A stretch of 64,000 bases of DNA from Cyanobacteria bacterium P01_A01_bin.123 (GTDB taxonomy: Bacteria > Cyanobacteriota > Cyanobacteriia > Phormidesmidales > Phormidesmidaceae), in contig JBCBZT010000008.1 of the NCBI GenBank assembly GCA_039815185.1, positions 1 to 64,000 on the forward strand, in the 5' to 3' direction. Each line of letters opens with the position of its first letter. Within the stretch, counting starts at the first letter, position 1. The notes under the pieces are model-generated. The model did not search any database and was not told the DNA's origin. It saw only the letters and a list, made by a program, of their open reading frames with translations. The translations under genes and the position numbers were made by a program. Below are positions 58,804-64,000 of this stretch, piece after piece.

Positions 58804-60448
58804 GAAAACTTTGAGCCGCTTTATTCCCCCTTTTTTAAGGGGGGCAGGGGGGATCGCGACAAGTGCCCACACCCCACAGACAACACCCGACCCAACCGAG
58901 GAATTTATCAGCCTCAACGAAGAAGCCATTGAAAAGCTGGCAACCTTCATCGACTTTGCCGAAGGCTTCACCATTGGCTTTGTGGAGATCAACTTTCTTG
59001 CCGATCTCGACATCCTGATTCAGCATTTGGCAACCCATCCCGACTGTGCCGACGCTCAGTTTATAACGCTGACCCTAGACGACCCGAATCTGAGGTTTCT
59101 AAAAGATGAACTCGTCAAGCGGTTGGCAAACGAAACCTTAGTACCCGACAAAAAGCCGATTATTTGGATTCAAGGGTTAGAACAGTCTATTCACATGTCG
59201 GGAGATTATCCCCCGATGCTGAACGACTTGAACTTTGTGCGCGATGCCTTTGTGGACTCCGTGCCCCACCCGGTGCTGTTTTGCCTACCCGATTACGCCA
59301 TTAACCGGGTTATTCAATACGCCCCGGACTTTTGGAGTTGGAAGTCGGGTCTGTTTCGGTTCAAAACCCGTCCTTCAACCCAGAAATTTGCAGCGGATAG
59401 CACCATCTTTTCTGACCGGATTCGTGAAAGTCTGTTGCTAGAAGACTGGCAGGAACGCATTGACCAACTGGAACGGCTGGTCATGGAGTATCGGCCTTCT
59501 GGCAGTCCAACGCCACCAGAGCTAGAGAATTATTGTTGGGTTTTATCAGAGTTAGGGATTGCCTATCGTGGGCAAGGCAATGTTACACAAGCTGCTTTCT
59601 ACCTCCGGCAAGCCATTGATATCACTGAGAATCAGACGAGCGCACAATCGCAGCGGGCATTAGCTTTACATGAGCTAGGCATTCTCAAAGCCAACCAGGG
59701 CGAGATTGAAGATGCGATCGCCCTCTACCAACAATCCCTCGACATCAAAGAACAAATCGGCAACATCCATGACAAAGCCGCCACCCTGCATCAACTTGCC
59801 ATCCTCAAAGCCAACCAGGGCGAGATTGAAGATGCGATCGCCCTCTACCAACAATCCCTCGACATCAAAGAATAAATCGGCGACATCAAGACTAAAGCTG
59901 CTACCCTGCATCAACTCGCCATCCTCAAAGCCAACCAGGGCAAGATTGAGGATGCGATCGCGCTCTACCAACAATCCCTCGACATCACAGAACAAATCGG
60001 TGACATCCAGACCAAAGCCGCCACCCTGCATCAACTCGGCATTCTCAAAGCCGACCAGGGCGAGATCGAAGACGCGATCGCCCTCTACCAAGAAGTTCTA
60101 GCTATCGATGAACAAACTGGCAACATCCAGGGCAAAGCCGCCACCCTTCATCAACTCGGCATGCTCAAAGCTAACCAGGGCGAGATTGAGGACGCGATCG
60201 CCCTCTTTCAAGAATCCCTCAACATCACAGAAAAAATCGGCGACATCCAAACCAAATCTATGACGCTTCAGTGGATTGGGGGATTAGCCGCAGATGTTCA
60301 AAAGGACTATGAGACTGGGATTCAATGCTTCCGAGAATCCCTAGAAATTTTGCAGCGCATTGGCTCCCCGAAGGCCGAAAATGCTGAGCGTCAGTTAGCA
60401 CAGATTCAAGCACTGGCGGCTGAGCAGGCAACAACTTCTGAACCATAA
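58778..60448 (+). pseudogene. TPR protein with degenerate ATPase-like N-domain, interrupted by one in-frame stop
   Basis: ORFs 58778-59875 and 60161-60448 share a frame; TAA at 59873 replaces CAA seen in neighbouring repeats. Confidence 0.85.
59665..60262 (+). repeat. About five tandem 120-bp TPR-coding repeats
   Basis: Unit ...CTCAAAGCCAACCAGGGCGAGATTGAAGATGCGATCGCCCTCTACCAACAATCCCTCGACATC... recurs every 120 bp. Confidence 0.95.
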
Positions 60449-60519
60449 AGCAGATTTGGATTTTGGCTTTCAAGGGGCTGAATTTGAATGCAACTGAACA
60501 AATCGTGCGTGGTCTCTAA

Positions 60520-61239
60520 ATGTGGCGATTACACTCCTTTGAACTGAAACCGGCGAGTTTAGATTTTTCTGATCGAGGCATTTGCTCAGTACAGCAACTT
60601 TGGGCCAATGGCCAACGCTTGAGCAATGCAATCAACCTGGTAGATTGGGCGACAAACTCAGCTCAACTCGAAATCTGTGAAGTCTGTGGCATCGTCGGTT
60701 GCGCTGATGGCGGCTGGGTTAGTCTACGTCGCAGTGGTGACTGGGTGCTGATGGTACCTGCTTGGGAAGCGATCGCATCCCGTCCAGACCTCCCCGGCTA
60801 CTACGATCCGCCGTCTTATTTGGTGAAGAACCAGCAGGGCGTCCCCTATTGGCATCAAGCCGACTACCAGCGCTGGCAAGACGAGTTACCTGTAACCCTG
60901 CCAGATCTAGAGACCATTGCACCCCTAACCGCCCACGAAGTCCTGAAAGCATTTCAAATTGAAGCCCCAGCGCGCGTGCTAGGCCGGCTATCTGACCCGC
61001 CTCGACTCAACCCCGAGAGCATCGTGGCAGCATCCGAGGGCAGCCACCTAGAATTGTTACCCCAACTGCAAACCACGATTAAGAAATGGCTCAACTGCGA
61101 TCGCCCTGTCCACATGTCCCCCATCGGCCCAACAGACACCGTGGTTCAGCTTTATATCGATGTTGCAGGTTTTCCTGAATGGTCAGTCTTGGTAGACCCC
61201 GAACGGCTGTATTTACAACCTGGCTTCGCGATCGCTTGA
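60520..61239 (+). CDS. Hypothetical protein with CxxC-x4-C motif
   Basis: CEVCGIVGCADGGWV; 239-aa ORF. Confidence 0.6.
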   Translation: MWRLHSFELKPASLDFSDRGICSVQQLWANGQRLSNAINLVDWATNSAQLEICEVCGIVGCADGGWVSLRRSGDWVLMVPAWEAIASRPDLPGYYDPPSYLVKNQQGVPYWHQADYQRWQDELPVTLPDLETIAPLTAHEVLKAFQIEAPARVLGRLSDPPRLNPESIVAASEGSHLELLPQLQTTIKKWLNCDRPVHMSPIGPTDTVVQLYIDVAGFPEWSVLVDPERLYLQPGFAIA

Positions 61240-61294
61240 GGGTCAGCTTGGAATTACATCCTTACCAAATCATCCCAAGCTTCTCTAGCTAACC

Positions 61295-62092
61295 TCAAAG
61301 ACTCAATGCAAGTTGAATCGTCCGCTTAGGAGGCTTCAGATTTTCTGGCAAGGGCTCTGGCTCGGGACGCACCGCTGGGCAATGGCGGGCAAACGAACAG
61401 CGATCGCACTGTTTCCCCGTCTTCGGTTGCCAGGTTTGATCGGTCAAAAGCTGCACTGCCAAATCGCTGATCAACCCTTGAACCCTTGTTTTTTGCTCAG
61501 CGCTGGCCTCAAAGCTAATCTTTTCTCCCGTGCGCAAATAGAGCAGAGTCATCCGTTTGAGGGCAGTATTGTAGCGCTGTTCTAGGGCCAGATAATAGAG
61601 CCCCATTTGGATATCGATCGCTTGGGCATCAGGGCGTTGGGGATCTTTGGCAGACTTGTAATCGATCAGCTCCAATCCATCATCAAGCGCATCGAGGCGG
61701 TCGTAACGTCCGCTCAACTTAAACTCGATACCCGACACTTGGAGCTGACCCTGGATGCGACTTTCTACGGCTAACGGACGCCGTAACGCGGGCAATGGCA
61801 AAATATGCTGCTCATAATACTGCTTGAGAATCTGCCAGCCCTCACTCGCCTGGGCTGCACTCAACCCAGCGGACTGGTGTTGCCAGCAGTCGGTGATCCA
61901 ATGGAGCAGCGGTAGCGGATCGAGATAGTGCCACTCACTATAGATTTGAGCCAGGGTGCGGTGGAGGGCTTGCCCCAGGGCAGCTGCCCCAAATACAGCT
62001 GCATCGCCCAAGCCATACTCATAGTGGAAGTAGTAGGCACGGGGGCAGCGGTGATAGGTTTTAAGCTTGGTCGCAGAAAGGTGATAAGCCAT
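61295..62092 (-). CDS. PD-(D/E)XK nuclease, RecB/AddB-like with Fe-S cysteines
   Basis: CPRAYYF, GRYDRLD, LIDYKS, QMGLY, CDRCSFARHCP. Confidence 0.88.
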   Translation of the reverse strand: MAYHLSATKLKTYHRCPRAYYFHYEYGLGDAAVFGAAALGQALHRTLAQIYSEWHYLDPLPLLHWITDCWQHQSAGLSAAQASEGWQILKQYYEQHILPLPALRRPLAVESRIQGQLQVSGIEFKLSGRYDRLDALDDGLELIDYKSAKDPQRPDAQAIDIQMGLYYLALEQRYNTALKRMTLLYLRTGEKISFEASAEQKTRVQGLISDLAVQLLTDQTWQPKTGKQCDRCSFARHCPAVRPEPEPLPENLKPPKRTIQLALSL

Positions 62093-62234
62093 AATGCCGA
62101 GAGGTTAGCAGATCTCAGCTAGAGTGGCGGCATTTTGCTCAAATCTGTTGCTAAACGAATAACGCCGCAAACTTTTGCCAGCGCGAACAAGATTCCGCCT
62201 AAGATCGGAGGTGAGCTTCTTCTAACCCAATGCA

Positions 62235-63680
62235 ATGGTCTCCTCCAATCCTCTGCTTAGCCTCGATTTTGAACCTGCGCTGCAATCGTTGGGCGATGAC
62301 TATTACGATCAAGTCGCGGCAGCAGAATTTCCCCAGCACACCCTCCGGTTTCGCAATGATGCCGTTCTGGGCCAGATGGGGCTGGATCCAGCCACAGTCG
62401 CCGACGCGCAGGTGGTCGAAGCCTACGGCAAGTTTCAAGGGCGTGAACCCCTGCTGGCTTTGCGCTATCACGGCTACCAGTTTGGTGAATATAACCCCGC
62501 CCTGGGAGACGGTCGCGGTTTTCTTTACGGTCAGGTGCGAGGGCTCGATGGTGAACTCTACGATTTGGGCACCAAAGGCTCTGGCCCTACTCCATATTCT
62601 CGTGGCGGGGATGGGCGCTTAACCCTGAAGGGTGGCGTACGAGAAGTGTTGGCCGCAGAAGCACTGCATGCCTTGGGGGTCAATACCTCTCGTTGCTTGA
62701 GCATAATTGAAACGGGGGAAGGGCTGTGGCGAGGCGATGAACCGTCGCCGACGCGATCGTCAGTGATGGTGCGCTTTAGTCGATCCCATATCCGCTTCGG
62801 CACCTTTGAACGGTTTGAATTTTTCAAGCGTCCTGATTTAATTCGCAAGTTGCTCGATCACGTGATCGAGGTTTACTATCCCCATCTGCAAGCAATCGCC
62901 GATCGTCAAGAACGAGACGCCAAATTCTATGCTGAACTGGTACAGCGAACAGCGGTTTTAGCCGCCCAGTGGATGTCTGTGGGCTTTTGCCACGCCGTCC
63001 TCAACACCGACAACATGTCGATTACCGGAGAAAGTTTTGACTACGGCCCCTATGCCTTTATGGATCAATATGATCCAAGCTTTACAGCCGCCTATTTTGA
63101 CTATTCGCGACGCTATTGCTACAGGAATCAGCCGATTATTTGCAAGCTCAATCTAGAAATGCTGCAAAAGCCGCTCAAATTGGTGATGGCCGAAGCAGAC
63201 TTGGCGGCAGGACTGGAGCAATTTGCTGCTCACTATCAAAACCACTATCACACTCGCATGCTCAAGAAGCTGGGATTTGATTCATTAGAGTCCGATTTGG
63301 CCGATGAGTTATTAGCCCAAACCCTGCGCTTACTGGAACAGACCCAGGTGGGTTACCACGATTTTTTCACAGGCATCACCCAGCAGTTTGCACCCGGTTG
63401 GCGCGAAGACTCAGACACGATCTTGAGTCCGACGATGCAGGCTTCTGACGCCGATGCCCAAACCCTGCTGGATAACTGGCGACAAATCTATCATCGCTGC
63501 TTGAATCAAGTCCCCAAGACTGCGCTTGCTTCCATGGCCCAAACCCTGAAGCAAACCAATCCCGCAATTGTGTTGCTGCGCCCTGAAATTGAAGCCATTT
63601 GGGAACCGATTACCATAGAAAATAACTGGCAGCCCTTTTACGAACTAATCAAGAAGATTCAGTCACCCTTTGATACTTGA
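62235..63680 (+). CDS. selO: Protein adenylyltransferase SelO/YdiU
   Basis: [43 protein letters not shown]. Confidence 0.95.
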   Translation: MVSSNPLLSLDFEPALQSLGDDYYDQVAAAEFPQHTLRFRNDAVLGQMGLDPATVADAQVVEAYGKFQGREPLLALRYHGYQFGEYNPALGDGRGFLYGQVRGLDGELYDLGTKGSGPTPYSRGGDGRLTLKGGVREVLAAEALHALGVNTSRCLSIIETGEGLWRGDEPSPTRSSVMVRFSRSHIRFGTFERFEFFKRPDLIRKLLDHVIEVYYPHLQAIADRQERDAKFYAELVQRTAVLAAQWMSVGFCHAVLNTDNMSITGESFDYGPYAFMDQYDPSFTAAYFDYSRRYCYRNQPIICKLNLEMLQKPLKLVMAEADLAAGLEQFAAHYQNHYHTRMLKKLGFDSLESDLADELLAQTLRLLEQTQVGYHDFFTGITQQFAPGWREDSDTILSPTMQASDADAQTLLDNWRQIYHRCLNQVPKTALASMAQTLKQTNPAIVLLRPEIEAIWEPITIENNWQPFYELIKKIQSPFDT

Positions 63681-63727
63681 GTTGATACTTGAGGCGGATC
63701 TGACTTTGATACTTGAGGCGGATCTGA
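63670..63727 (+). repeat. Short direct repeats at the selO 3' end
   Basis: TTGATACTTGAG x3; TTGATACTTGAGGCGGATCTGA x2. Confidence 0.9.
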
Positions 63728-63756
63728 ACTAGCGCAAAAGGGTAAGTATTCATGCA

Positions 63757-64000
63757 CTACTGCGACTTTTTTATATCTGAAAAAAGGATAATAAATCCCT
63801 CCTGAGTAAAGTGTTTATCATGGGTCAACACTTCAACAATATTCATTTTCTGCATCACGACCATGGAAATACAGTCTGTCAAACTATAAGCCTTATCTGA
63901 ACGCTGACCATAGAGTGACATGCCTAACTCTCGTACTTCCGATGTGTAAGATACGATGCTTATTCGAGGTTCGCGTACCATTTGAGTGCACAATGCCAGA
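63757..64000 (-). CDS. vapC: PIN/VapC toxin (5' end outside window)
   Basis: DKAYSLTDCISMVVM...VLTHDKHFTQEGF. Confidence 0.85.
   Translation of the reverse strand, partial: LALCTQMVREPRISIVSYTSEVRELGMSLYGQRSDKAYSLTDCISMVVMQKMNIVEVLTHDKHFTQEGFIILFSDIKKSQ

Noticed and set aside
59675..60101. Repetitive ORFs on the antisense strand and alternative frame
   Set aside because: Shadows of the TPR repeats
59665..60262. CRISPR-like array
   Set aside because: The units are contiguous 120-bp coding TPR repeats with no unique spacers
61295..62092. cas4 / CRISPR-Cas locus
   Set aside because: Cas4-like cysteine pattern, but there are no cas genes or array in the window; better called a stand-alone RecB-family nuclease

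Overview
This window comes from a filamentous cyanobacterial chromosome (abundant HIP1 GCGATCGC sites, a photosystem I cluster, cyanobacterial REP/STRR-type repeats), probably Leptolyngbya/Nodosilinea/Halomicronema-like. From left to right it holds: (1) redox/detox genes and regulators (intradiol dioxygenase, pdxJ, TrxB-like reductase, grxC, Crp/Fnr, MarR-GNAT, MerR, HxlR, CGNR, P450), two hybrid histidine kinases, and an SDR/queA pseudogene fused at a HIP1 site; (2) an AT-rich island with a candidate Bell/amyloid-motif protein and toxin-antitoxin genes; (3) an expanded RNA-repair locus, hen1-kinase-thg1...pnkp; (4) TetR/SDR cassettes; (5) a divergent psaA-psaB-psaL-psaI cluster; (6) an apparent glycine-betaine uptake and catabolism cluster (BCCT, Rieske oxygenase with no reductase in the window, dimethylglycine oxidase, sarcosine oxidase, serine dehydratase, GntR/HutC plus operator); (7) an ATPase/TPR pair whose TPR gene carries a single nonsense mutation, a PD-(D/E)XK nuclease, selO and a partial PIN toxin. 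The strongest candidates for an under-described system are the betaine catabolism cluster and the four-enzyme RNA-repair locus. All calls come from reading motifs by eye; no database searches were run.
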